From: an uncultured Planctomycetia bacterium
GTDB taxonomy: Bacteria > Omnitrophota > Gorgyraeia > Gorgyraeales > Gorgyraeaceae
Length of the DNA: 64,000 nt
Reading direction: 5' to 3'
Assembly: GCA_964415355.1 (NCBI GenBank)
Contig: CAYPYS010000003.1
Coordinates: forward strand, 4,156-68,155
The first letter of the stretch is position 1. Every line of letters begins with the position of its first letter. Under the pieces are notes generated by a model, which worked only from the letters and a program-made list of their open reading frames with translations, did not search any database and was not told where the DNA came from. The position numbers and the translations under genes are program-made. Positions 27,398 through 38,242 of the stretch are shown piece after piece.

Positions 27398-28383
27398 ATT
27401 ACGACCTCATCTTTTCCCTTAATAACAGTCCCTATTGTCCAGGATTTTAACCCTGATTTTTTTATGATACCATGCGCCTTATTGACATCGCGCTTATCCA
27501 CAACTGCGACCATGCCGATTCCCATATTGAATGTACGATACATTTTTTTATCATCGAGATTTGCCTTTTTTTGGATTGTTTTAAAAATACCCGGAACAGG
27601 CCAGGCACCTTTATATATCAATGCGGATTTTCCCTGCGGCAGGACGCGCGGTATATTGTCATAAAATCCCCCGCCTGTTACATGCGCCATTGACTTTACA
27701 TTGATTTTCTGTATCAATTTTAAAACAGGCTTGACATAGACTATCGTAGGCGTCAAAACGCTTTTACCTACCTTGTCCTTTAGCTCGCTCTTGCTAAAAA
27801 TCTTTCTTATAAGGCTAAAACCATTCGAATGAGCGCCGCTAGACTCTATGCCTATGATCTTATCGCCTACTTTTACGCTACGCCCGTCTATGATCCTGCT
27901 TCTCTCGACTACTCCTACGCAAAAACCAGCGAGGTCATATTGTCCGCCCTTGTACATACCCGGCATCTCTGCTGTCTCCCCTCCGACAAGCGCGCAACCA
28001 GCCTGCTTGCAACCATGGACAATGCCTTTAATAACATCCTTTGCCTTTTTATTATTCAATCTTCCCGTAGCAAAATAATCTAAAAAGAAAAGAGGCTCTG
28101 CGCCCGTCACTATGAGATCATTTACGCACATCGCGACAAGGTCAATGCCAACAGTTGTGTGTTTCCCCAAATAATCAGCGATCATGAGTTTTGTGCCTAC
28201 GCCATCCGTAGAAGAAACTAATACAGGATTTCTGTATTTTTTGGGGATCTTTACAAAGCTACTGAATCCTCCGATATTTCCCATGACCTCTGGCCGCCTA
28301 GTCCCGGAAACAAGCTTGGTTATATCTTTGACAAATCTATTCGATCTATCTATGTCTACCCCAGCCTTTTTGTAATCTATCAT
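27394..28383 (-). CDS. purM: Phosphoribosylformylglycinamidine cyclo-ligase (AIR synthetase)
   Basis: PurM N- and C-domains. Start taken at MIDYKKAGVDID, which overlaps the purQ stop as ATGA. Confidence 0.85.
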   Translation of the reverse strand: MIDYKKAGVDIDRSNRFVKDITKLVSGTRRPEVMGNIGGFSSFVKIPKKYRNPVLVSSTDGVGTKLMIADYLGKHTTVGIDLVAMCVNDLIVTGAEPLFFLDYFATGRLNNKKAKDVIKGIVHGCKQAGCALVGGETAEMPGMYKGGQYDLAGFCVGVVERSRIIDGRSVKVGDKIIGIESSGAHSNGFSLIRKIFSKSELKDKVGKSVLTPTIVYVKPVLKLIQKINVKSMAHVTGGGFYDNIPRVLPQGKSALIYKGAWPVPGIFKTIQKKANLDDKKMYRTFNMGIGMVAVVDKRDVNKAHGIIKKSGLKSWTIGTVIKGKDEVVI

Positions 28384-29156
28384 CACATGCTCCTTACGTA
28401 TTTTACGGCGTTCTTGAAGATCGCGAGGCCGTCGCCGAATCTCTGTAATCCCTCGCGCGTCCATCGAGGATGTTGCGTGCCCACCACATGTCTTTCCGGA
28501 TGAGGCATCATACCCAAGACCCTGCCTGTCGGGTCACATATGCCGGCGATACTCTCGATAGAGCCGTTAGGATTAGAAGGATAACCGGCTATTTTACCTT
28601 TTTCGTCGACATACTGAAACACGATTTGTTTGTTTTTCTTTAAAGAACGCAATACGTCTTTGTCTTTAGGAATAAACTTGCCTTCTCCATGTGCAACAGG
28701 CAGATAAATATTTTTTTTGATCCCTTTTGTCCAAACGCATTTTGCTGTCCTCAAATATGTCCATCGGTCTTCGAACTTACCTGAGTCATTGAAACTTAAA
28801 GAAGCATCCAAGTCATTATATCTCAAACCAGGCAAAATACCGGCTTTTACCAGCACCTGAAAACCATTACATATCCCTATTATGAGTTTTTTCGCCTCTA
28901 TGAAATGCCTGAGCTCTTCTTTGAGCGAGTATTTTATTTCGTTCGCAAGGATTTTTCCCGAAGCAATGTCATCTCCGTATGTAAAACCTCCCGGGATCGC
29001 TAAAATCCTGTAATCCTCCAGGTGTTTTTCGCGCCTGGCAAGCTCATTTATATGCACCAGTTCACACAGAGCACCACACATACTGAATGCAAACGCAGTC
29101 TCTACGTCGCAATTTGTCCCCGCTGTCCTTAAAACTATAACTTTCGGATTTTTCAT
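28383..29156 (-). CDS. purQ: Phosphoribosylformylglycinamidine synthase, glutaminase subunit
   Basis: Class I GATase: GICNGFQ (Cys nucleophile), H..E near the C-terminus. Confidence 0.85.
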   Translation of the reverse strand: MKNPKVIVLRTAGTNCDVETAFAFSMCGALCELVHINELARREKHLEDYRILAIPGGFTYGDDIASGKILANEIKYSLKEELRHFIEAKKLIIGICNGFQVLVKAGILPGLRYNDLDASLSFNDSGKFEDRWTYLRTAKCVWTKGIKKNIYLPVAHGEGKFIPKDKDVLRSLKKNKQIVFQYVDEKGKIAGYPSNPNGSIESIAGICDPTGRVLGMMPHPERHVVGTQHPRWTREGLQRFGDGLAIFKNAVKYVRSM

Positions 29157-29165
29157 ATATCGCCT

Positions 29166-29200
29166 AAGTTTACATTTTAACGTTGTTGAAATGTAAAGTT
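29166..29200. repeat. 35-bp palindromic intergenic repeat, copy 12 (form B variant)
   Basis: aagtttacattttaacgttgttgaaatgtaaagtt. Confidence 0.9.
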
Positions 29201-32105
29201 ACCAGCGTAACGGTTTCTGCCACGCTTCTTTTAATCTGTCCACATTCGCGTCTACGACCTTTTTGCCGTCTATACCATAGACCTTAAGATCCTTTTTATC
29301 TGAAACGCAACCCACGAGGCCCATAGGCACACCTTTCATGATAGATTCAAACTTCTTTTTGTCCTTCTTTTTTACTTCAACGATGAATCTTGTATTTGAT
29401 TCCGAGAATAAAATAACATCGCTCGGGCCTTTAGTCTGAATTGGCACTTCTCCTAAAAACACTTCTGCTCCAAGCCCGCCTGCAAATGCCATCTCAGCCA
29501 GGCTCACCCCAATACCGCCCTCAGAACAGTCGTGGCATGCCCTCGCTATACCGGCGCCTGTTGCTCTGCTGAGCGAATTAAATACCTTTAGGCCATATTT
29601 TGTATCGACCTTTGGGACGCTGTTTCCTATAACTCCCTTTATCATATTGTAATGTGAACCGCCTAATTCATCCCATGTCATGCCGACCACATATATTAAA
29701 TTCCCGCTCTCCTTAAAATCCATTGAAACCGCTTTTGTCACATCGTCCATAACGCACATCGCTGAAATCAGAAGCGTGGGAGGGATGGAAATGGATTTTC
29801 CGTGCACTGAATATTCATTGTTAAGACTGTCCTTTCCCGAAATAAAAGGCGTGCCATAACCCCTGGCAATATCAAGGCACCCGAAACTCGCCCTTACCAG
29901 ATCTCCGAGCCTGTCAGGCTTATCAGTATTGCCCCAGCAAAAGTTGTCTAGAAGCGCTGTTCTCTTCAAGTTCCCGCCCACTGATATGACCTGGCGTAAC
30001 GCTTCATCAATGCAGGAAGCAGCCATCCAATACGGGTCAATAAGACCGTAGCGCGGATTTATTCCATTTGAGACAATAATGCCTTTTTTAGAATTAAACT
30101 TTGGACGTATTATTGCAGCGTCGCCCGGACCATCATTCTTTATCCCGACAAGCGGTTTTAAAACACTCTGACCCTGCACCTCGTGGTCGTATTGCCTTAT
30201 AACCCATTCCTTACTTGAGACATTCCAGGAAGATAGGATCTTCAATAAATCTCCCGTAAGATTTTTGGGGGGGATTTTTTTTGATTCTCTGTGCTTCGGC
30301 ATTTTCCATACGGCCTTGCGCTCAAACCTGGGTATACCACCGTGCAGAAATCTCATATCCAGGTCACACACAAGGTTCCCTTTATACCTCAATCGCAATC
30401 TTTTGTCTTTAGTAAAACGACCTATTGCAACCGCCTCGACATCTTCTTTTCTGAAAACCTCTAATAACTCATCCAGATGTTTCCCGGGAACAGATAATAC
30501 CATTCTCTCCTGCGCCTCGGATATCCATATCTCTGTATAACTTAATCCATGATATTTTAAAGGTGCCTTTTCTAAATCGACTTCTGCTCCCAGGTCTTCT
30601 CCCATCTCGCCCACAGCGCTCGAAAATCCTCCTGCCCCGCAATCAGTAATAGCATTGTATAAATCTCTATCGCGCGCCTTTAAAAGCGTGTCGGTAACCT
30701 TTTTCTCTGTGATGGGATTCCCTATCTGCACTGCGCCGCCCGAAAGGTCCTCGGATTCATGCGTAAGTTCGCCGGAGGAAAAAGTAGCGCCGTGGATGCC
30801 GTCTCTCCCGGTGCGGCCCCCGACAGCTACTATAAAATCTCCTGTCTTTGCGGACTTGAACGATTTATCTTTAGGCATAATACCTACGGTGCCGCAATAC
30901 ACCAAAGGATTCCCTGTGTAGCGCTCGTCGAAAAGCACTGCGCCGTTGGCGGTCGGGATACCCATGCGATTACCATAATCCCTAACGCCGCTGACAACGC
31001 CTTTCATGATCCTTTTTGGATGCAACATGCCTTTTGGGACACGATTTTGAGGCGTGTCAGGAAGCCCAAAACAAAAAATATCAGTATTTATTATCGGTTT
31101 CGCAGCCATGCCCACGCCCAATATGTCGCGTATCACGCCTCCTATACCGGTGCCCGCTCCTCCATAAGGCTCAAGGGCAGAAGGATGATTATGAGTTTCC
31201 ACCTTGAAACATATATTGTCATCGTCGTCAAATCTGATAATCCCGGCATTGTCTTTAAAAACCGAAACGCACCATGGTTTATCCAGGTCTTTTGTAACCT
31301 TTATCACTGTATTCTTTAATAAATTATTTATCTTTCTGTTCCCCAATGCCCTGACGCCTGAGGCACGGCTCTCGAGGTTTTCTTTGTAATCTATAACGCC
31401 TTTGAACGTTTTATGCGCGCAATGCTCTGACCACGTCTGCGCAATAGTCTCTAATTCGCAATCAGTCGGGTTCCTCTTTATCCTTCTGAAATATTTCCTT
31501 ATCTCCTTCATCTCTTTAAGATTTAAAAAGAGCTGTCCGTCTTTACTGATCTTCATGAGCTTCTTATCGCTCGCTCCTAAGATATCAACTATTATTAATT
31601 TGAATTTATAATCTGCCACGTGCCCAGCACCCTGCGTACTGTGTCCCGTGACAACATGCTGTATTACTTTATTATAGAGAAGCTTTTCGCATATAGCATT
31701 AAACTGGGATTCTGAAATCCTGCCCTGCAGAAAATATTTTCTTTCGGTCTTTACGGAATCTACTCCGCTGACACCCAGATCCCTTATCGCCTTTTTTGTG
31801 CTCTCCTCGACAGGGTCCATCACGCCAGGATTATAGGCTATCTCCACTACGCGTGTCCGTGAATCGCGAGTCGTGAGTCGCGAATCGTTATAGATTTCAT
31901 ATTGCTGAGTTATAGGGTCTACCAACAATTCCTCGGCGATCTTCAATATATTATTTCTCGATACACTCCCGGAAATAATAAAGACCTGGGCAGTTGCAAC
32001 TTTCTTGATTGCAACTATACCCAGGTCTTTTATATCTTTTTTGATCCCGCTTCCCAGAGGATCAAAAATACCTTTTTTGTTCCTTATCTCAACCTTCCAC
32101 TCCAC
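29199..32105 (-). CDS. purL: Phosphoribosylformylglycinamidine synthase, PurS-PurL fusion
   Basis: ~80-aa PurS-like N-terminus (MEWKVEIRNKKGIFDPLG...) followed by PurL AIRS-like repeats. Confidence 0.85.
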   Translation of the reverse strand: MEWKVEIRNKKGIFDPLGSGIKKDIKDLGIVAIKKVATAQVFIISGSVSRNNILKIAEELLVDPITQQYEIYNDSRLTTRDSRTRVVEIAYNPGVMDPVEESTKKAIRDLGVSGVDSVKTERKYFLQGRISESQFNAICEKLLYNKVIQHVVTGHSTQGAGHVADYKFKLIIVDILGASDKKLMKISKDGQLFLNLKEMKEIRKYFRRIKRNPTDCELETIAQTWSEHCAHKTFKGVIDYKENLESRASGVRALGNRKINNLLKNTVIKVTKDLDKPWCVSVFKDNAGIIRFDDDDNICFKVETHNHPSALEPYGGAGTGIGGVIRDILGVGMAAKPIINTDIFCFGLPDTPQNRVPKGMLHPKRIMKGVVSGVRDYGNRMGIPTANGAVLFDERYTGNPLVYCGTVGIMPKDKSFKSAKTGDFIVAVGGRTGRDGIHGATFSSGELTHESEDLSGGAVQIGNPITEKKVTDTLLKARDRDLYNAITDCGAGGFSSAVGEMGEDLGAEVDLEKAPLKYHGLSYTEIWISEAQERMVLSVPGKHLDELLEVFRKEDVEAVAIGRFTKDKRLRLRYKGNLVCDLDMRFLHGGIPRFERKAVWKMPKHRESKKIPPKNLTGDLLKILSSWNVSSKEWVIRQYDHEVQGQSVLKPLVGIKNDGPGDAAIIRPKFNSKKGIIVSNGINPRYGLIDPYWMAASCIDEALRQVISVGGNLKRTALLDNFCWGNTDKPDRLGDLVRASFGCLDIARGYGTPFISGKDSLNNEYSVHGKSISIPPTLLISAMCVMDDVTKAVSMDFKESGNLIYVVGMTWDELGGSHYNMIKGVIGNSVPKVDTKYGLKVFNSLSRATGAGIARACHDCSEGGIGVSLAEMAFAGGLGAEVFLGEVPIQTKGPSDVILFSESNTRFIVEVKKKDKKKFESIMKGVPMGLVGCVSDKKDLKVYGIDGKKVVDANVDRLKEAWQKPLRW

Positions 32106-32122
32106 GCTACTCCAGTCCCTTA

Positions 32123-32827
32123 TTAAGCTTTTATTCTCTTGAGAACTTCCTGGTATGCCTCTTCTATCTTTCCTAAATCACGCCTGAAACGGTCCTTGTC
32201 CAGCTTTTCATTGGTCTTCTTATCCCAGAGCCTGCACGTGTCCGGCGATATTTCGTCTCCCAAAAGTACCTTGCCCTGATGCCTTCCGAACTCCAGTTTA
32301 AAATCAACGAGTTTTAGATCGACCTTATCGAAAAAATCTTTTAATAGGTCATTTATCTTAAACGAATAATCTTTTATCTCCTGCATCTCTTTTTTTGTAG
32401 CAAGCCCGAGCATCTCTATGTGGTCATCGTTTATCAATGGATCATGGAGCGCGTCCTCCTTGTAATGATATTCCAGGAGAGGCGCCTTTAAAACTATGCC
32501 TTCTTCTATGCCGAGAAGCTTGGAAAGACCGCCCGCGGAGATATTTCTCATAGTGACCTCCACCAGCACTATTTTAAGCCTCTTTACAAGCATCTCTCTT
32601 TCGTTCAGCTTCTTCACAAAGTGCGTTGGTATACCTTTTGACTCAAGAAGCTGAAATATAGCCGAAGAAATCTCATTATTCATGACTCCCTTTTGCTGTA
32701 TAGTGCCCCTCTTTGTGGCGTCAAAAGCCGTAGCGTCGTCCTTGAATTCCTGTATGACTAAATTAGGGTCATCTGTCTCATACAGTTTTTTTGCCTTGCC
32801 CTCGTAAATCTTTTTACCTTTCTTCAT
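32123..32827 (-). CDS. purC: Phosphoribosylaminoimidazole-succinocarboxamide synthase
   Basis: SAICAR synthetase fold (YEGKAKKLY...). True start MKKGKKIYEG with AAGGAG 6 nt upstream; the MLKCKVRRRR extension comes from the repeat. Confidence 0.9.
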   Translation of the reverse strand: MKKGKKIYEGKAKKLYETDDPNLVIQEFKDDATAFDATKRGTIQQKGVMNNEISSAIFQLLESKGIPTHFVKKLNEREMLVKRLKIVLVEVTMRNISAGGLSKLLGIEEGIVLKAPLLEYHYKEDALHDPLINDDHIEMLGLATKKEMQEIKDYSFKINDLLKDFFDKVDLKLVDFKLEFGRHQGKVLLGDEISPDTCRLWDKKTNEKLDKDRFRRDLGKIEEAYQEVLKRIKA

Positions 32828-32839
32828 TCTTCTCCTTCT

Positions 32840-32874
32840 AACTTTACATTTCAACAACGTTAAAATGTAAAGTT
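32840..32874. repeat. 35-bp palindromic intergenic repeat, copy 13 (form A, 1 substitution)
   Basis: ...gttaaaatgtaaagtt. Confidence 0.95.
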
Positions 32875-32879
32875 ACTTT

Positions 32880-34172
32880 TTATATACCGACTTTTTTGAA
32901 GATCCTGTCTACGTGTTTTGTATAATAAGAGAGATCAAAAAATTTCTCAAGCTCTCTGGGTTTGACCACTTTCATGAAATCCTTGTCTTTCCACAGCGCC
33001 TCTTTAAAATTTATATTTCTAGCCCAGACCTGCATGGCGCATCTCTGGATAATGTCATACGCCCTTCGTCTTTCTACGCCTCTTTTTTCCAGCTCTACAA
33101 GTATCCTTGCTGAAAATATAAGGCCTCTCGTCTTTGCCAGGTTATTCCTCATGTTCCCGGGATAGACATGAAGCTTTTTAATGATAAAGATCATGTCATT
33201 CAGCATATAATCCAAAAGTATAGTGCTGTCAGGTATGATAATCCTTTCTGCTGACGAATGGCTTATATCCCGCTCGTGCCAAAGAGCAACGTTTTCCAGA
33301 GAAACCATTGCATTCGCGCGCAAAACCCTGGCAAGACCCGTAATCCTCTCGCACATAACCGGATTTCGCTTATGCGGCATGGCGCTCGAGCCTTTCTGAC
33401 CCTTAGAAAAAGGTTCTTCGGTCTCTCTTACCTCTGTCTTCTGCAAGTTTCTGATTTCCACTGCTATTTTTTCGAGCGTGGCTCCGACAAGGGCAATCTG
33501 TGAAAGATAATCCGCGTGGCGGTCTCGCTGCAAGACCTGCGTGGATATATTGGCTGACCTCAGGCCCAACTTCTTACATACATAGTTTTCGACATAAGGC
33601 GCCACATTGGAATAAGTCCCGACCGGACCTGAAATCTTACCGACACTGATTATATACTTTGCCTGTTCGAGACGATCAATGCATCTATTTATCTCGTCAA
33701 AATAAAGGCTCATCTTTAGCCCAAATGTTGTGGGTTCAGCGTGCACGCCATGACTCCTGCCGACCATTATTGTGTTTTTATATTTCTTTGCCTTCTTGCG
33801 CAATTCCTGTTTTAGTTTATTCAGGTTTACAATAAGCATATCAGCTGCTTCTTTCATTACCACTGACAAGGCAGTATCCAATACATCGCTTGAAGTAAGA
33901 CCCTGATGCACAAACCTGGAAGCTGGTCCTACGTGTTCTGCTATATTGTGTAGAAAGGCGATTACATCGTGGCGGGTTTTTTGCTCTATTTTCTCTATAC
34001 GCTTTACGCTAAATCTTGCTTTTGACTTTATCTTCTTGAGCTCTTTCCTGGGCACCTTGCCAAGATTGGCCATTGCTTCGCAGGCAAGGATCTCTATATC
34101 CAGCATCTTCTGAAACTTATTCTGCTCGTCCCAGATAGCTGACATCTTTGGAAGTGAATATCTAGGTATCAT
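32880..34172 (-). CDS. purB: Adenylosuccinate lyase
   Basis: Fumarate lyase superfamily signature GSSAMPHKRNP. Confidence 0.9.
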   Translation of the reverse strand: MIPRYSLPKMSAIWDEQNKFQKMLDIEILACEAMANLGKVPRKELKKIKSKARFSVKRIEKIEQKTRHDVIAFLHNIAEHVGPASRFVHQGLTSSDVLDTALSVVMKEAADMLIVNLNKLKQELRKKAKKYKNTIMVGRSHGVHAEPTTFGLKMSLYFDEINRCIDRLEQAKYIISVGKISGPVGTYSNVAPYVENYVCKKLGLRSANISTQVLQRDRHADYLSQIALVGATLEKIAVEIRNLQKTEVRETEEPFSKGQKGSSAMPHKRNPVMCERITGLARVLRANAMVSLENVALWHERDISHSSAERIIIPDSTILLDYMLNDMIFIIKKLHVYPGNMRNNLAKTRGLIFSARILVELEKRGVERRRAYDIIQRCAMQVWARNINFKEALWKDKDFMKVVKPRELEKFFDLSYYTKHVDRIFKKVGI

Positions 34173-34181
34173 AGCAAAGTT

Positions 34182-34211
34182 ACTATACCATATATAGATT
34201 TAAATAGTCAA
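34182..34211 (-). promoter_or_regulatory. Putative sigma70-type promoter of purB (TTGACT-18-TATAGT) with a very short leader
   Basis: On the minus strand the sequence reads TTGACTatttaaatctatatatggTATAGTaactttgctATG. No obvious SD is present. Confidence 0.35.
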
Positions 34212-34241
34212 CAAAAAATCACTATATATACCAAAATATGT

Positions 34242-34305
34242 GTCATTCCCGCGCAAGCGGGAATCTAAGAGAACATTACGTCATTCCCGTGAAAGCGGGA
34301 ATGAC
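34242..34305. repeat. Two GC-rich hairpins with GNRA tetraloops (attcccgc-GCAA-gcgggaat and gtcattcccgt-GAAA-gcgggaatgac)
   Basis: Read directly; both are the same family (gtcattcccg..cgggaatgac). Confidence 0.7.
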
Positions 34306-34380
34306 ACCATTTAAATAATCTCATAATACAAATCCCTCCAATCACTGTTAACTTTCTCTATAAATTCTATCTTCCATTGT

Positions 34381-34560
34381 CTATTTCATTTCTTTATACG
34401 TTTCTCTATATACAAGCTTATGGACATTGTATTTTTGAGCAAACCCTTTGATAATATTATTCTTGTGCTCGTATATCCTTTTTACTAGATCGCTTGTTAT
34501 GCCTATATACAATACACCATTCCTTTTGCTAGCTAATATGTAAACATAATAACGTTTCAT
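34381..34560 (-). CDS. 59-aa GIY-YIG nuclease-domain protein (UPF0213/YhbQ-like), below the ORF-track size cutoff
   Basis: Reverse-complement translation gives MKRYYVYILASKRNGVLYIGITSDLVKRIYEHKNNIIKGFAQKYNVHKLVYRETYKEMK*. YVYIL...GxLYIG(I/V)T...R..EH is the GIY-YIG catalytic core. Confidence 0.6.
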   Translation of the reverse strand: MKRYYVYILASKRNGVLYIGITSDLVKRIYEHKNNIIKGFAQKYNVHKLVYRETYKEMK

Positions 34561-34572
34561 GATAATTCATGG

Positions 34573-34633
34573 ATTCCCGCTTTCGCGGGAATGACATGTC
34601 AGAATTTGTTATTCCCGCGCAAATTAGGAATCC
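34573..34633. repeat. Third hairpin of the same family in inverted orientation (attcccgc-TTTC-gcgggaat) plus a decayed fourth copy
   Basis: Together with 34242–34305 these bracket the GIY-YIG ORF. Confidence 0.6.
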
Positions 34634-34696
34634 ATTCTTTATATATTATATTAGACACAGAATAAGGTTGTTTTCTTTCAAAAATTTTAAAATAAA

Positions 34697-34732
34697 AAAC
34701 CGGTTTTTCTAATTAAAGAAAAACCGGTTTAA
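34697..34732. terminator. Two copies of the self-complementary motif aaaaaccggttttt just downstream of the tRNA-fMet 3' end
   Basis: Each copy forms a short hairpin followed by T/A runs on either strand. Plausible bidirectional terminator but weak. Confidence 0.3.
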
Positions 34733-34734
34733 TA

Positions 34735-35016
<282 letters not shown>

Positions 35017-35036
35017 ATCTTTAAAGTGTATCGTAT

Positions 35037-35065
35037 ATTATAAAGGGCTGCGCGTTGGCTGTCAA
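35037..35065 (-). promoter_or_regulatory. Consensus sigma70 promoter for tRNA-fMet (TTGACA-17-TATAAT)
   Basis: On the minus strand the sequence reads TTGACAgccaacgcgcagcccttTATAATatacgatacactttaaagat followed by tRNA +1. Confidence 0.6.
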
Positions 35066-35083
35066 TGCTTTTATGGCAGGTCT

Positions 35084-35116
35084 AACTTTACACTTTAACG
35101 TTGTTGAAATGTAAAG

Positions 35117-35118
<2 letters not shown>
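35084..35118. repeat. 35-bp palindromic intergenic repeat, copy 14 (form B)
   Basis: Exact form B, between the ftsB stop and the tRNA-fMet promoter. Confidence 0.95.
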
Positions 35119-36699
<1,581 letters not shown>

Positions 36700-38142
36700 C
36701 TATAGCTTCCCGCGGGTCGCATAATATTCCGGAATAAGCACTTTATCTAAAAGTCTGGGATTCCTTGCGGCTATATCAGAGATCATGCCCATCATGAGTT
36801 TGGTCTTGTAACGAAATAACTCGCAATAATAAGGATCCGGCTGCCCCAGATTCTTGCTTGAGAAATAATTTAGATTATAGCAAGAACCGCAACCTCTGCA
36901 TATGCGCTTCGCCCAGCATTTATTGCAGGCATCGCTTGAAGAAATCTTGTTATCAAAAAATTTTCTAACCTTATCCTCATTTATTCCTTTTCCGACCGTC
37001 CCTATCCTGAATTTTGGCAGGCCTACAAATGCGGTGCAGGGATATATGCTGCCGTCCATATCTACTGCCATCAGAGTAAACCCCGCCGAACAGGTGCCGA
37101 CGATCGACTGAATATGATACAGCCGGCTCAGCTGTTTGAAGAAGCGATTAAAATACGTATTGGCATACGTCAATCTTCCGCCAAGGATCTCTTTGGTGTA
37201 AAAAAGGGCCAGATCATCATATAAAGATTTAAGGCGGGATAATCCCCTGGGCCCTGAAAAGAAAAATTGGTTATTCGGCTCTAATCCATATCCGGCCTTC
37301 TCGCTCTCGCAGACCTCTATGCGATCAAACTCAAGATCACGTAAAAACTTAAATGTCTTCACTATTTCGTCAGAATAAGGTGTAAAGGTAGCTCTCCCTA
37401 CTATGCGTCTTCTATGTTTTTTACTAAGCGATTTTATATTATTTACCACTATATCATATGAACCCGCGCCATCAGGGAAGGGCCGCTGTCTATCCTGGAT
37501 CTTGCGCGGCCCGTCGAGACTTACGGCGACATCCACGCCATTAGATATTAAGTATTCCCCTCTTTCCTTATCCAGCAATACGCCATTGGTAGCAAGCAGA
37601 AAACGGAATTTAATTCCCTTCTTATCTTGTATCTTCCGGCAATATCCGATAACATTTTTTATAAGTTCGAAATTCAAAAGAGGTTCCCCTCCATAAAAAT
37701 CTACAACCAGATCCTTTACCCCCCTCGATTCTCTGACCAATAGATCTATTGCCTTAAATGCTACCTTTTCTCCCATCTTTTTATTATCTCTGGTTAAATT
37801 ACCGTAGCTCCCGGCTTCGTTCCAACAATAACGACAACGCAGATTACAGCTATTTACGATATTTAACGTAAGGTCTGTTATCCTTCTTTTTATATACGAA
37901 TCCGCTGGCTTTGGCTGGCAGAAAATAACCTTGTCCCTCTTTAATCTGGACAGATTATCAATGGTCGCCTTGGCGGGTTTATGCCCATACTTTCGACAGA
38001 TCTTCTCTTCGGCTTCTTTTGCGGTGCAGTGCTGCATCAGGCTTATAGCCTCTGAAGCCATGTCATCTGCTTCAAAGAAATTAGCGCTTTCGACATCGAC
38101 AACAAAGTTTTTATCGCGTATCTTAAATTGATATACTCTCAT
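36700..38142 (-). CDS. Radical SAM enzyme with C-terminal SPASM domain (peptide/cofactor-modifying maturase type)
   Basis: CNLRCRYC (CX3CX2C) plus a C-terminal Cys cluster CTAFVG...CNKCWAKRICRGCGSC. Confidence 0.75.
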   Translation of the reverse strand: MRVYQFKIRDKNFVVDVESANFFEADDMASEAISLMQHCTAKEAEEKICRKYGHKPAKATIDNLSRLKRDKVIFCQPKPADSYIKRRITDLTLNIVNSCNLRCRYCWNEAGSYGNLTRDNKKMGEKVAFKAIDLLVRESRGVKDLVVDFYGGEPLLNFELIKNVIGYCRKIQDKKGIKFRFLLATNGVLLDKERGEYLISNGVDVAVSLDGPRKIQDRQRPFPDGAGSYDIVVNNIKSLSKKHRRRIVGRATFTPYSDEIVKTFKFLRDLEFDRIEVCESEKAGYGLEPNNQFFFSGPRGLSRLKSLYDDLALFYTKEILGGRLTYANTYFNRFFKQLSRLYHIQSIVGTCSAGFTLMAVDMDGSIYPCTAFVGLPKFRIGTVGKGINEDKVRKFFDNKISSSDACNKCWAKRICRGCGSCYNLNYFSSKNLGQPDPYYCELFRYKTKLMMGMISDIAARNPRLLDKVLIPEYYATRGKL

Positions 38143-38189
38143 AAAATCTACTCTTTTTTATTTTCTATCTGATTATGCCGCAACGTAAG

Positions 38190-38205
38190 AAAGGGGAGCC
38201 CCTTT
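38190..38205. terminator. GC-stem hairpin (aaagggg-ag-ccccttt) between the small peptide ORF and the SPASM radical SAM gene
   Basis: Read directly. This is the usual position of an attenuator between a precursor gene and its maturase. Confidence 0.4.
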
Positions 38206-38242
38206 ATGAAAACCTAAAGCAAGCTCCCCTGGAAGGAAATGC

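Noticed and set aside
31861-31890. Short tandem/palindromic motif gaatcgcgagtcgtgagtcgcgaatcg inside purL
   Set aside because: It is only an 11-nt imperfect duplication inside a conserved coding region, with no flanking structure; most likely chance.
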